A DNA stretch of 55,765 nt, taken from positions 1-55,765 of the IMG/VR virus record IMGVR_UViG_3300044825_002268. One strand, given 5' to 3'. Source of the stretch: a virus (taxonomy: Duplodnaviria > Caudoviricetes). The translations under genes were made by a program, and so were the position numbers. Below are positions 10,233 to 18,048 of this stretch, one piece after another. The notes beneath the pieces are model-generated. The model saw nothing but the letters and a program-made list of their open reading frames with translations. It had not been told where the DNA came from and did not search any database. Every line of letters starts with the position of its first letter. The stretch's first letter is position 1.

Positions 10233-10874
10233 TCATTCCTGAGCCTGCTTCTTTAGCTCTAGGTTCTGCAGGATGGTCGAAAAGAGGGTCTTGGTCTCCA
10301 CCTGAGCGTTGATGTGCAGGGGGTTATCTTTATCCCCAGTCAGCTCCACCCGGTCCCCGTACTTCCGGGGCTTCAGTTTGGCGGCCACCCATTTGCGGGC
10401 ATCGATCCGGTTCTTCTGCCACTGGATATAGGCGCTGTGCATCTCAATTTTGATCAGCTCCCCGGTCTTACTGTAGATCGGATTCGTCTCAGGAGTTTCG
10501 TCAGCAATGGCTTGGATTTCGTCAGCCAGCGTATCGGCCTGCTCTTCCCGTGCTCGCGTGTACATCTCGGAAAACTCAGGGTGACGCGCCAACCACAAAT
10601 ACACCGACGACTGGTTTGGCATATCCTCTCTCATACAGATCTGTCTTAATGCTTCTCCGTTAGATATGCGAGTACAGATCTCTGAAGCGAGTTTTAGGTT
10701 GTAGTCTGTTGGGCGACCGGTCTTTTGTTTTGGCGGGTCTTGAACCGGCGGTTGGCCGATGGTTGAACCGTCCGTTGACGGGCCGTTTACCGGATCGTTA
10801 GCCTTCGGTTTACCCTTCGGCTGCTTAGTTGTTTCAGGCATCACCCTTAATCCAATCGAATTGATATCGGGCAA
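10233..10874 (-). CDS. terS: Terminase small subunit (Sf6 gp1-like); start may be ATG at 10841
   Basis: 'GRPTDY...EICTRISNGEALRQIC...MP..SSVYLWL...F..MY.RARE.QAD' and 'RIDARKW.AAKLKP.KYGD'. Directly upstream of TerL. Confidence 0.9.
   Translation of the reverse strand: MPDINSIGLRVMPETTKQPKGKPKANDPVNGPSTDGSTIGQPPVQDPPKQKTGRPTDYNLKLASEICTRISNGEALRQICMREDMPNQSSVYLWLARHPEFSEMYTRAREEQADTLADEIQAIADETPETNPIYSKTGELIKIEMHSAYIQWQKNRIDARKWVAAKLKPRKYGDRVELTGDKDNPLHINAQVETKTLFSTILQNLELKKQAQE
10743..10787. repeat. Array of four 11-bp imperfect palindromes (AACCG-N-CGGTT type) inside terS
   Basis: aaccggcggtt, ggccgatggtt, (1-nt spacer), aaccgtccgtt, gacgggccgtt. Confidence 0.7.
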
Positions 10875-10879
10875 TGATA

Positions 10880-11290
10880 CGGCCTCGCTCTCTTTCCCGC
10901 TACTGTTTCATCACCCAGACTGCCCCCTACCCCAAAAGGCATGAGACAGGCTAGGCATCACCCCCAGTCAGAGCTGGACCCCCATGCTACGGATTGGATA
11001 CCGTACACCCTCGACTTAGGGGCACTGCCAGTCGGCGGATTCTTACGGATTTGCACCGGGTCGCCTAAGCGCCTTACCGCTACCCTTTCCTTCCGAGCGC
11101 CGAGGTTACGGCCCTACTGTCGTGCGGAGTACGGCCCAAGAAAAGAAAAAGCCCCATTACGGCTGGGTTCCAAGCTCCGACGGAAGTGAGCGGCAGAAGA
11201 TCGCTCTCGACAACCGAAACCCATGCGTAATAGGGCTAGGTCTTCTGCTAGTTCACCCTTCCGAGGTGGCCTGATCTTTTTCTCAGACGA
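10880..11290 (-). ncRNA. Candidate structured RNA / late-operon leader
   Basis: No credible minus-strand ORF. Several inverted repeats, a T-loop-like CGG-UGCAAAU-CCG (11046-11058) and an upstream promoter-like element. Confidence 0.5.
11141..11236 (-). terminator. Long terminator-like hairpin followed by UUUUUCUUUU
   Basis: Minus strand GCCCTATTACGCATGGGTTTC...GAACCCAGCCGTAATGGGGC followed by a U-tract at 11150-11141. Confidence 0.65.
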
Positions 11291-11294
11291 GCCA

Positions 11295-11323
11295 ATTATG
11301 AGATCTCCTGATCAGTCTTGCAA
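11295..11323 (-). promoter_or_regulatory. Sigma70-like promoter (putative late promoter)
   Basis: TTGCAA-N17-CATAAT on the minus strand. Confidence 0.6.
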
Positions 11324-11532
11324 GTAGGAAGGGAGAGAGATGGAGTATTAGTTTCTCAATTTTCCTCCAAACCCGCACCAGTGCTCGATCTTAGGGCTTC
11401 GGCAGTGGATTTGGGGCGGGAGCCAGTTGTGTACAACAACCGAACCCACGTTGCCGGAAATTCGTTTGTTCTGGCTCCCAAGACGGCTGGGTGCTACCCG
11501 GACCGGACGACTGTTGGCAGCACCCATGCGTC

Positions 11533-11727
11533 TTAGGCCATTGCTTCCTTAGTCTCTTGCCGCAGCACCCACGCCCGAACCTGATCGAGCTCGGCCTGCA
11601 TCTGAACCGTAGCGCGGTGGATACCGGTCGTATCAACACCATTGGCGGCCATCTTCTGGAGCTGGGTCGCTAGGATCGTCAGGCGGGCCACATTAAACCC
11701 TAAGTTATTACCGTCATCTATCTTCAA
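11533..11727 (-). CDS. Hypothetical protein
   Basis: 64 aa, TTG start with GAGAGGA upstream, collinear with the operon. Confidence 0.55.
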   Translation of the reverse strand: MKIDDGNNLGFNVARLTILATQLQKMAANGVDTTGIHRATVQMQAELDQVRAWVLRQETKEAMA

Positions 11728-11738
11728 TTTGTCCTCTC

Positions 11739-11782
11739 AACGGGCGGTTAGCCAACCGTTAACGGCCGGTTAACCGTCGGTT
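11739..11782. repeat. Intergenic array of four contiguous 11-bp imperfect palindromes
   Basis: aacgggcggtt agccaaccgtt aacggccggtt aaccgtcggtt. Confidence 0.8.
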
Positions 11783-12041
11783 AAATTGTCTTATTCTTAG
11801 CCTCTTCGATGGTGATGGTGTAAGCCTTACCCTGCACATCAATCACCGTAATTCGCTTAGTTGTGGATAGCATACTCCCGTCCTTATCTAAGTCAAACCG
11901 GACCTTTCCTACCGAGTCGATTAGCTGGTTTTGGTCATGGGCCTTCAAGTACTTAGAAATCAGGTGGGCAAGGTAGTCGCAGTAAGCGGGATGCACGGTC
12001 AGCTTATCCATGGTTTCTGTCTCGGTTCTCAAATAGTTCAA
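11781..12041 (-). CDS. Hypothetical protein (start may be 12011)
   Basis: 86 aa ORF tiling the early operon. Confidence 0.65.
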   Translation of the reverse strand: MNYLRTETETMDKLTVHPAYCDYLAHLISKYLKAHDQNQLIDSVGKVRFDLDKDGSMLSTTKRITVIDVQGKAYTITIEEAKNKTI

Positions 12042-12213
12042 AGGCGGTAATAAAAAGCTCTGGCCAAGTCGCTTGGATCTTCTCCCGGTTCAGGGAATCA
12101 GCCCGAAACCAAGTCAAGGCTAGGGACTCAGCAAAGCCCCCAAGATGGCCGTTAGCCATGATGTTAGCGGCTTGGTGGAAGTCCACCGGCCGGCGCATTT
12201 TGATGACTGTCAT
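12004..12213 (-). CDS. Hypothetical protein
   Basis: 'GGFAESLALTWFRADSLN...IQATWPELF' is a small phage protein pattern. ATGA overlap with the upstream ORF supports a start at 12213. Confidence 0.7.
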   Translation of the reverse strand: MTVIKMRRPVDFHQAANIMANGHLGGFAESLALTWFRADSLNREKIQATWPELFITAFELFENRDRNHG

Positions 12214-12365
12214 CTGTTTTTCTCCCATCCATAAAAGACCCCCTCGGGGGCGGTTTCGTTAAGCCTCTCAGCCTCTTCCTGCGCCTCAAACTTCTCCTCA
12301 AACCAAGCCACCTGCTTGGCTGAGGTAAAGCCCACAAACTTAACTACGATCCATCCTAGTGCCAT
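12210..12365 (-). CDS. Hypothetical 51-aa protein (not in ORF track)
   Basis: MALGWIVVKFVGFTSAKQVAWFEEKFEAQEEAERLNETAPEGVFYGWEKNR. GGAGA upstream; fills the gap and overlaps the next gene by ATGA. Confidence 0.65.
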   Translation of the reverse strand: MALGWIVVKFVGFTSAKQVAWFEEKFEAQEEAERLNETAPEGVFYGWEKNR

Positions 12366-12367
12366 GA

Positions 12368-12649
12368 CTATCTCCCCGGGATCGGATAAAACTTGTTAAA
12401 CAGCAAAACACCAGTGACCCCCGACCGAAGAGCAGCTGACTCCAAGCTGGCCTTGACCACTAAGTCGCGGTCCAAAGCCTCGACGGTTTCTACAGCCACC
12501 GAGCCAACATCACCCTCCGTGTAGGTTGACCGATTCTTGCTCCGGAGCCGGCAAATAATTTTGTCACCGGCCTCTTCGAGGCACTGAGCGATGATCCATT
12601 CATCGCCAGCGAAATCTACTGATGCGCGACCTTCGATTGCTGTTGCCAT
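12368..12649 (-). CDS. Hypothetical protein
   Basis: 93 aa, AAGGAG RBS. Confidence 0.65.
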   Translation of the reverse strand: MATAIEGRASVDFAGDEWIIAQCLEEAGDKIICRLRSKNRSTYTEGDVGSVAVETVEALDRDLVVKASLESAALRSGVTGVLLFNKFYPIPGR

Positions 12650-12660
12650 GATTTGTCTCC

Positions 12661-12957
12661 TTATCGTGCGGTAGTTTTGACAGAGAACACTGCGGTCGTC
12701 TTGGTGTACTCGGCAACGACCTCAGCAGGAATCTTGTACTTGGCCATGATTGCCTTGTAATCAACCGTAGAACGGTTGGACTCGATAACGATAGCCTTGA
12801 AGAGATTGCCCTCAAAGACCTTGGAGCCGCCGGGAGCAGTAGCTGCATCCTTAAGCTCGTCCTTGATTGCGTCAGCCTTGGCGGTCAGATCTGCGATGGT
12901 GGCCAGCAGAGTGCCGAGTTCGTCGATCTGGGTCAGTTGGATGTCTACGGTTTTCAT
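12661..12957 (-). CDS. Hypothetical coiled-coil early protein
   Basis: ATG at 12957 with AAGGA RBS; first gene after the 13000-13029 promoter. Confidence 0.75.
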   Translation of the reverse strand: MKTVDIQLTQIDELGTLLATIADLTAKADAIKDELKDAATAPGGSKVFEGNLFKAIVIESNRSTVDYKAIMAKYKIPAEVVAEYTKTTAVFSVKTTAR

Positions 12958-12999
12958 TTCGCTTTCCTTTCGCTGTCCGGTCACTGCGACCGTAAGGAG

Positions 13000-13029
13000 A
13001 GTGTAATTTCAAGTTAGATTCTCTTGCAA
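13000..13029 (-). promoter_or_regulatory. Sigma70-like promoter with A-rich UP-like element
   Basis: TTGCAA-N18-TACACT, preceded by A-tracts, intergenic. Confidence 0.55.
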
Positions 13030-13065
13030 GCCCTTTTTCAACTTTTTTTGAATACCCCCTAAGTT

Positions 13066-13365
13066 TTAGTCGGGTATTACCTTGAGGTGTCCCTGCTCGA
13101 ACAGCCATCCGATGGTCTTGCGGTGGGCTTCCTCCCACAGCTCATGACGCTCCTCCCTGTTTAGGGAAGCTCCCTGATCAAGCTCCATGTGGCAGCGGTG
13201 GCAGAGGGCGGCTATCCGGTAATCGTGGGCCTTGATTGAGCGCCCTTTTCCGTCCCGTAGCTGGTTTGAATGGGCCGCCACCACCGTTCCATCCTCCCGG
13301 CCGCAGGATTGGCAGGGAGAGGCTCTGACGACCTCCAGAAGGGTTTTATTCCGGTAATGGGTCAC
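13066..13365 (-). CDS. Zn-binding HNH-like nuclease (DUF1364/YbcO-like)
   Basis: 'PCQSCG...VVAAH...GKG..IKAHD...AALCHRCH'. Confidence 0.75.
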   Translation of the reverse strand: MTHYRNKTLLEVVRASPCQSCGREDGTVVAAHSNQLRDGKGRSIKAHDYRIAALCHRCHMELDQGASLNREERHELWEEAHRKTIGWLFEQGHLKVIPD

Positions 13366-13565
13366 TTGTTTTTGTTAAACCACTTTTTGTTTTGCTCCCC
13401 AACCCACATCCCGGCGCACCGCAGCTCCAGCTCTTCTGATGGGGGGTCAGCCTTTAAAGCGTAGTTCATTCCCAATTTAAAACCCTCCGCATGGGCCTTA
13501 TCGATTTGATGGTCAGCCAGCAACCATGCCACCGCAATCATGAAACCATAAAGAACGATTTTCAT
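13362..13565 (-). CDS. Hypothetical protein with N-terminal membrane anchor
   Basis: MKIVLYGFMIAVAWLLA...; ATGA overlap with the upstream gene. Confidence 0.6.
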   Translation of the reverse strand: MKIVLYGFMIAVAWLLADHQIDKAHAEGFKLGMNYALKADPPSEELELRCAGMWVGEQNKKWFNKNK

Positions 13566-13903
13566 AGTCTTGTCGTGCCTCCACTGTTTCGATTTGCACA
13601 CGGCCAAATATTCCGAAAGGCATCTCGGAGTAAAACATCGGCGGTTCGGTGACGAATGGCTGGATTGTTTTGTAAGTACATTTTTGCAATGTCAGTTACT
13701 TGACCTATGGTTACGTTGACATTTGCAGGCAGGCAGTGGTTGATATGCTGATGGGCATCAAATACCCCAACCACATAACCCATCACATACATTCGCTCCC
13801 CACCGCTTTGATCTTGCATCTTGGTATACAAGGTATTACCTGTCTCAAACTCAGCCCGGGCCATGGCCGGGATCATCAGCATGGCGATAAGTAGTTTTTT
13901 CAC
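13562..13903 (-). CDS. Rap1a/Tai-like periplasmic immunity-family protein
   Basis: Signal peptide MKKLLIAMLMIPAMARA; 'TGNTLY...GYVVGVFD...CLP..VTIGQV......YLQNNP..RH..A..L...AF...WPC'. Confidence 0.75.
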   Translation of the reverse strand: MKKLLIAMLMIPAMARAEFETGNTLYTKMQDQSGGERMYVMGYVVGVFDAHQHINHCLPANVNVTIGQVTDIAKMYLQNNPAIRHRTADVLLRDAFRNIWPCANRNSGGTTRL

Positions 13904-14106
13904 ATTTTCCTCTGGCAGTTAAATGCTTGAGTTCCCACCCTGAACGACCCCGAATACCTACAGTCTTCTATGATGTCGCTTTGCTTATAAAGCAATCCAA
14001 GTATTAAACCGAGTATTAGCGCAATCGCAGCTCCAAGAGATTCAGCCCAGACTGTCTTGCACCATGCCTTAAACTTTTTCCATTCAATTAAAGGATGTCC
14101 GTTCAT
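13900..14106 (-). CDS. Hypothetical membrane protein
   Basis: One hydrophobic segment, LGAAIALILGLILGLLY. Confidence 0.65.
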   Translation of the reverse strand: MNGHPLIEWKKFKAWCKTVWAESLGAAIALILGLILGLLYKQSDIIEDCRYSGSFRVGTQAFNCQRKM

Positions 14107-14903
14107 TGCGTTGCCCCCGTAACGTAGTCGTGAACTATCAGACCTCTTTCAATGTTTCCTACCCATGTCGGTTTCACCCACGACACTTTTCCGGTTCTTA
14201 ATTTTCTAAAATGCCCGCGGCGCTGATGCCGTGCCGGACTTGCATGGGTTCCGCCTTGATGCTCTTTTCTCGGCGCACTCGGTTTTAATTCAATCGTGAC
14301 CCACTCATAAATCGGTGGTTTGTTTTTAGCTCTACGCTTTTTGTTGATAAACGATGATTTTTCCTCGCCGCGATAAGCGGTCAACATGGTGTTATTAACC
14401 TCTGCTTTCCGGTTTAGTAACGCTAATGTCTTGACGGGTTTAGTCATCATAATTTGCTCTAACCCCTCGCACATTTTTTTAAAGTCTCCCCTTTCAAACG
14501 TTTTTTGAAGATCCGATCTAACGTGCAAAAAGGTATTGGTGAAACGGTTTTTTCTGTTACAGATTATGGCGGCTGGAGTGGGGTCTGGATATTCTGAGTA
14601 GTAAGCACAGATTGCTGGGCCTTCGTAACTAACTTTATAGACTTCATCGTCAAATGTTATTTGCTTACTGTAAGTGATGATGAATTGAGGTTTTTCGCCG
14701 TCATGATTAAAAATAATTGCTACGTCATCCGCAGGCATTGGAATTTCGTCTAAAGCAAAATTAGCTACATCCCAACCGATGGAACGCGAATACTCGTTAA
14801 ATTCGTCCTCATAGTCTTTTGGTAAATCAGTCAAATCAAACCAAGTGTATTCACCAGCATCAAATCCAACTTTTGATGCGTAGTGCGCAACGTTTTTGTT
14901 CAT
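14103..14903 (-). CDS. Hypothetical protein
   Basis: 266 aa. C-terminal 'HASPARHQRRGHFR...WVKPTWVG' motif recurs in phage proteins; AGGAG RBS. Confidence 0.75.
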   Translation of the reverse strand: MNKNVAHYASKVGFDAGEYTWFDLTDLPKDYEDEFNEYSRSIGWDVANFALDEIPMPADDVAIIFNHDGEKPQFIITYSKQITFDDEVYKVSYEGPAICAYYSEYPDPTPAAIICNRKNRFTNTFLHVRSDLQKTFERGDFKKMCEGLEQIMMTKPVKTLALLNRKAEVNNTMLTAYRGEEKSSFINKKRRAKNKPPIYEWVTIELKPSAPRKEHQGGTHASPARHQRRGHFRKLRTGKVSWVKPTWVGNIERGLIVHDYVTGATQ

Positions 14904-14913
14904 TTCATTCTCC

Positions 14914-15144
14914 TCACAATAAAGTTATTTGATGCCATTTCACTTCTAGCTTTTTCGGTTTCGGTGTACGAATCCGTCTTATCTTTTCGACCATCACATG
15001 GAATCGTTTTGGGTGCGGCCACTCGTTATCGCCCTCGACCACCACTAGAAACCGCTCCCCCTTATCGAATACCGCCTCGACCACTCCTTTTTCATTGGTC
15101 TCGCAGATCAATACCCAGTCCCCTTCCACGATCTCCGGTGCCAT
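14914..15144 (-). CDS. Hypothetical protein (SH3/KOW-like pattern)
   Basis: 76 aa, 'EGDWVLI....EKGVVEAV'. Confidence 0.6.
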   Translation of the reverse strand: MAPEIVEGDWVLICETNEKGVVEAVFDKGERFLVVVEGDNEWPHPKRFHVMVEKIRRIRTPKPKKLEVKWHQITLL

Positions 15145-15474
15145 TTAAATCGTTACCCTGCCCTCGGCTCTAAGGTTGGCCTGCTCGGTTCTCCAGATCT
15201 CGACCCGTGTCTGTGCAGCGACTAACTCCCAGCGCAACCGCTCTTCCATCTCAACTGCCGCCTGCAAACCTTTAATTAGCTTCCGGTAGTCCTCATGGGC
15301 ATACGCCTCTCGCTCTTGTGCCCCGATGGATTCCTCAAGGCTTCGTTTCATCAGCAATGCTTTTTGAGATTTCCGAAACTCTTCCAAATACACTCGCTCC
15401 GCTTTTGCCTTTGCGTATAGCTTTGCGTTATCAAAAATGTAATCAACTGCATCGTGCGGGTCTCTTTCATTCAT
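15145..15474 (-). CDS. Conserved helical phage protein (possibly UvsY-like)
   Basis: 109 aa, predicted all-helical; 'AQEREAYAH..Y...WRTEQAN.R'. Confidence 0.6.
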   Translation of the reverse strand: MNERDPHDAVDYIFDNAKLYAKAKAERVYLEEFRKSQKALLMKRSLEESIGAQEREAYAHEDYRKLIKGLQAAVEMEERLRWELVAAQTRVEIWRTEQANLRAEGRVTI

Positions 15475-15646
15475 TTTTTAGCTCCTCTTCTCTTCGCTCT
15501 AACATCGCTTTCGCTATCTCAAACGCATCTTTTGCTAATGAGGATGGTGGTTCCATTACATCTGCCCGACCCACCAATCCAGCCAAGGCAAACCCTGCGT
15601 ACAGATCCAGCAATCCCGGCTCCTCTACTTTCTTTTGTCTAGCCAT
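15467..15646 (-). CDS. Hypothetical protein
   Basis: 'DLYAGFALAGL...AKDAFEIAKAML.RR' small phage family pattern; GGAGG RBS before ATG 15646. Confidence 0.65.
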   Translation of the reverse strand: MARQKKVEEPGLLDLYAGFALAGLVGRADVMEPPSSLAKDAFEIAKAMLERREEELKNE

Positions 15647-15744
15647 AACACCCCTCCGATAATTGCCACCATTGAAACTACGAATATCCAAACATCAGTT
15701 GCGTGTGATGCCTTGACCATCGACATCCAGATCTCTGCGTTCAT
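15625..15744 (-). CDS. Small membrane protein (39 aa)
   Basis: MNAEIWMS...WIFVVSMVAIIGGVLWLDKRK; GGAG RBS and ATGA overlap. Confidence 0.55.
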   Translation of the reverse strand: MNAEIWMSMVKASHATDVWIFVVSMVAIIGGVLWLDKRK

Positions 15745-15944
15745 GTTCCGTACTCCTTCACAGTGACTATTACTTTCACAACTTCCCCTTTCAGGGCCCA
15801 AAACTGATTCTCTTTTAACCACGCCTGCGCCTGCCGCCGGGTTCTGAATAACATCGTCCTGTCGGCTTCCCAATACTCTCTTGGCGGGTAATTCACAAAG
15901 TACTCTCGCTTCGTTTTAATTGCCCACGCTTCTCTTCTGGCCAT
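15741..15944 (-). CDS. Hypothetical protein
   Basis: 67 aa ORF tiling the operon. Confidence 0.6.
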   Translation of the reverse strand: MARREAWAIKTKREYFVNYPPREYWEADRTMLFRTRRQAQAWLKENQFWALKGEVVKVIVTVKEYGT

Positions 15945-16287
15945 CTAATTCCTCTACTTTTATTTTCAACATCCCGCCGATGCTCTCGGCCCAATAAATT
16001 CTCAGATCTACAATCAATGAGTCATCGATATAAATACCTGCGTGACCCAGCGAATCAAGAACTGCCTTTAATAAATTGTCCAAGTCCCTTCTGCGGTTAT
16101 CCGGCCGATAGGCTTCAATCACCACCTTTACCGGCCCAACCGTAGACTTGCCGCGGCTTTGCAAAAAGACTTGCTCACCAACAGCTTTCCGATACTTCCT
16201 GCCGGCTTCGCTGATCACCACCATCCCGCGGTAAGACCTCCAGTAATGATTTACTGATGGTGGCCATGGCAGCGTTAGTTCAACCAC
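15916..16287 (-). CDS. rusA: RusA-family Holliday junction resolvase
   Basis: 'LPWPPSVNHYWR', 'PDNRRRDLDNLLKAVLDSL..AG...DDS.I..L'. Confidence 0.93.
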   Translation of the reverse strand: MVELTLPWPPSVNHYWRSYRGMVVISEAGRKYRKAVGEQVFLQSRGKSTVGPVKVVIEAYRPDNRRRDLDNLLKAVLDSLGHAGIYIDDSLIVDLRIYWAESIGGMLKIKVEELDGQKRSVGN

Positions 16288-16556
16288 TGGCGCTCCTCTT
16301 TTGCAAAGTCCCTTGCCTGAGCTTCGATCATTTGTTTAAGGCTTTTCAGCATCCTCTTGAAACGCTCCTCGTCACCATCGGCAACCATGGCCATCGCTTT
16401 CGCACAAAGCAGGGTTCCAGTCTCATTCATCACCGCCAAAGCAAACGCCATGTCATGCTCATGAGCCAACTCCCTTAATTCTTCCAAGGCGACATTTGCA
16501 ACCCGTCCGGCCTCTTCGCATATTTCTTGAACTTTTTCTTTATTGATCATTTCCAT
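16275..16556 (-). CDS. Hypothetical protein
   Basis: Helical ORF; GAGG upstream of ATG 16556. Confidence 0.6.
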   Translation of the reverse strand: MEMINKEKVQEICEEAGRVANVALEELRELAHEHDMAFALAVMNETGTLLCAKAMAMVADGDEERFKRMLKSLKQMIEAQARDFAKEERQWLN

Positions 16557-16792
16557 GTATCGCCTCGATTTCCTTTTTTCCATTGATCCATCACATCGGA
16601 TTCCAAAATAGAGCCGGGATGTTTTTCATTCCAGCCTTGTAACCACTTATGCGTTTTGTCTCGATCTGCAAGACGCATTCGTATGACCCATCGGACAAGG
16701 TGCCGATGTCGGTCTTGATCTTCGCCCTGCCCTTCTTTCCAGTTTTTATATTTTTCATATACATCCACATCAAAAATCGCCTTTCTGATCAA
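16547..16792 (-). CDS. Hypothetical protein (start may be GTG 16768)
   Basis: 'HRHLVRWVI...W....QWKKGNRG' small phage protein following the helicase. Confidence 0.6.
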   Translation of the reverse strand: MIRKAIFDVDVYEKYKNWKEGQGEDQDRHRHLVRWVIRMRLADRDKTHKWLQGWNEKHPGSILESDVMDQWKKGNRGDTWK

Positions 16793-17720
16793 ACGTCATC
16801 GGCATCGAGTCTGGGTTTTCCAAAAACTGATGACTGTCTTTATGGAACCAAAGTGAGTACCAATCCTCGCTTTCCCCGTTTCGCTGCTTCTCACACATCA
16901 ACATCGCATCCGGTGTGGCGTTATCTACGCTGTTACCTGCCTGTGCGGAATGCTCCTTCTTTTTGTTTCTCCAGACAAGCAAAACGTTATCCACCTGATC
17001 TGCAATCGATCCAGTTCCCTTGATGTCGTTTTTATTTGGCGTCACTTCCTCGCTTGTAAGTTTTCTGATGTGATGAATAAGATGAATATGAATGTTGTGA
17101 TCTCTGGCCAATGCCGTCAGCTCATCAACAAAATACTTTTGAGCGTTGTAATCGTCTTCGCTTGGGACGCATTTCATAAGTGAGTCGATAAATACATGGG
17201 TGATACCAAGTTTTACCGCGCAATATCTCGCCATGGCGATCACTTGCTGTGCATTCGTAGTCCCCTGCTGGTCGTAAAACCACAAGTGATTTGCAGAAAA
17301 GTCTCTGAATCGATCCACCAGCTCTCCGATGTATCGACTCTTATCTGAGAACCGCGGCTTATCGATGTTCTCTCCCGAGAACTGTCTGATCATTCGGTAG
17401 ATCGACCGCTTGGGTTTCATCTCAAATGAGGCGATACAGACTTTCTGCCCTTGCTTTATGAGTCCCATGGCGATCTGCCCGGTGATTAGGGATTTCCCTC
17501 CCCCGTTGCCTCCGGCATACACCGTGACCTCCCCGGGCCGGAAATGGAACGACGCCTGAGTCTTAGTCCAAGGCATGGCGATCAGCGCCTCCTTGGGTGG
17601 ATTGACTACGTCTTGCTTGATGTCCTCTAACCAGACACCGGCCTCCCGAATCTTCTGCTGCGGCTCGGTAGCGTGTAGGTAGGCAGAGAAATCGATCTGG
17701 TCAGACTGCAGGATGTTCAA
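16770..17720 (-). CDS. SF4 (DnaB/T7 gp4-like) replicative helicase
   Basis: Walker A 'GGNGGGKS', 'ASFEM', 'VFIDSL', 'IHH.RK', 'DIKGTGSIADQVDNV', 'KQRNG'. Confidence 0.9.
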   Translation of the reverse strand: MNILQSDQIDFSAYLHATEPQQKIREAGVWLEDIKQDVVNPPKEALIAMPWTKTQASFHFRPGEVTVYAGGNGGGKSLITGQIAMGLIKQGQKVCIASFEMKPKRSIYRMIRQFSGENIDKPRFSDKSRYIGELVDRFRDFSANHLWFYDQQGTTNAQQVIAMARYCAVKLGITHVFIDSLMKCVPSEDDYNAQKYFVDELTALARDHNIHIHLIHHIRKLTSEEVTPNKNDIKGTGSIADQVDNVLLVWRNKKKEHSAQAGNSVDNATPDAMLMCEKQRNGESEDWYSLWFHKDSHQFLENPDSMPMTFDQKGDF

Positions 17721-18048
17721 CTTTTACTCCCTCGTTGTAGATGAGATTTCCCTCGATTAGGGTGAAAACCGACTTGGCCCCGGCAAGACTGAAAGCTCGG
17801 TGGGCAGACAGAATCCGATCCCGGGTATCGTTGCCATCGATGTGAACCTGCAACCCAACCGCAAACCGAAGGTCCAAAAGATCAATCCGGTCGGCAGGCA
17901 AAATGTCCACCTCGGGGTGATTCCAAAACTCAGGAATTTCAGGCCATAGCGAGGCTAGGGATGAGGGGTTGATACCTACCCATACCCACACCGCTTTGGG
18001 AGCCTTACGGTTCATCCTCATGCGTCTGAGAGGCACATCTCCGGTCAT
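17701..18048 (-). CDS. Hypothetical protein
   Basis: 115 aa, overlapping both the initiator and helicase genes. Confidence 0.65.
   Translation of the reverse strand: MTGDVPLRRMRMNRKAPKAVWVWVGINPSSLASLWPEIPEFWNHPEVDILPADRIDLLDLRFAVGLQVHIDGNDTRDRILSAHRAFSLAGAKSVFTLIEGNLIYNEGVKVEHPAV

Noticed and set aside
11040-11110. tRNA gene suggested by the GGTGCAAATCC T-loop-like sequence
   Set aside because: I could not build an acceptor stem, D-arm and anticodon arm around it.
10941-11189. + strand 82-aa ORF (and 11318-11536) in the terS upstream region
   Set aside because: Opposite to all flanking genes, no clear RBS and no recognisable motif. The region is better explained by RNA structure, though coding is not formally excluded.
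11480-11534. Resemblance of GACG...CCATGCGTC to HK022 put stem 1
   Set aside because: The match is short, recalled from memory, and on the strand opposite to local transcription. It is reported only as a repeated hairpin.
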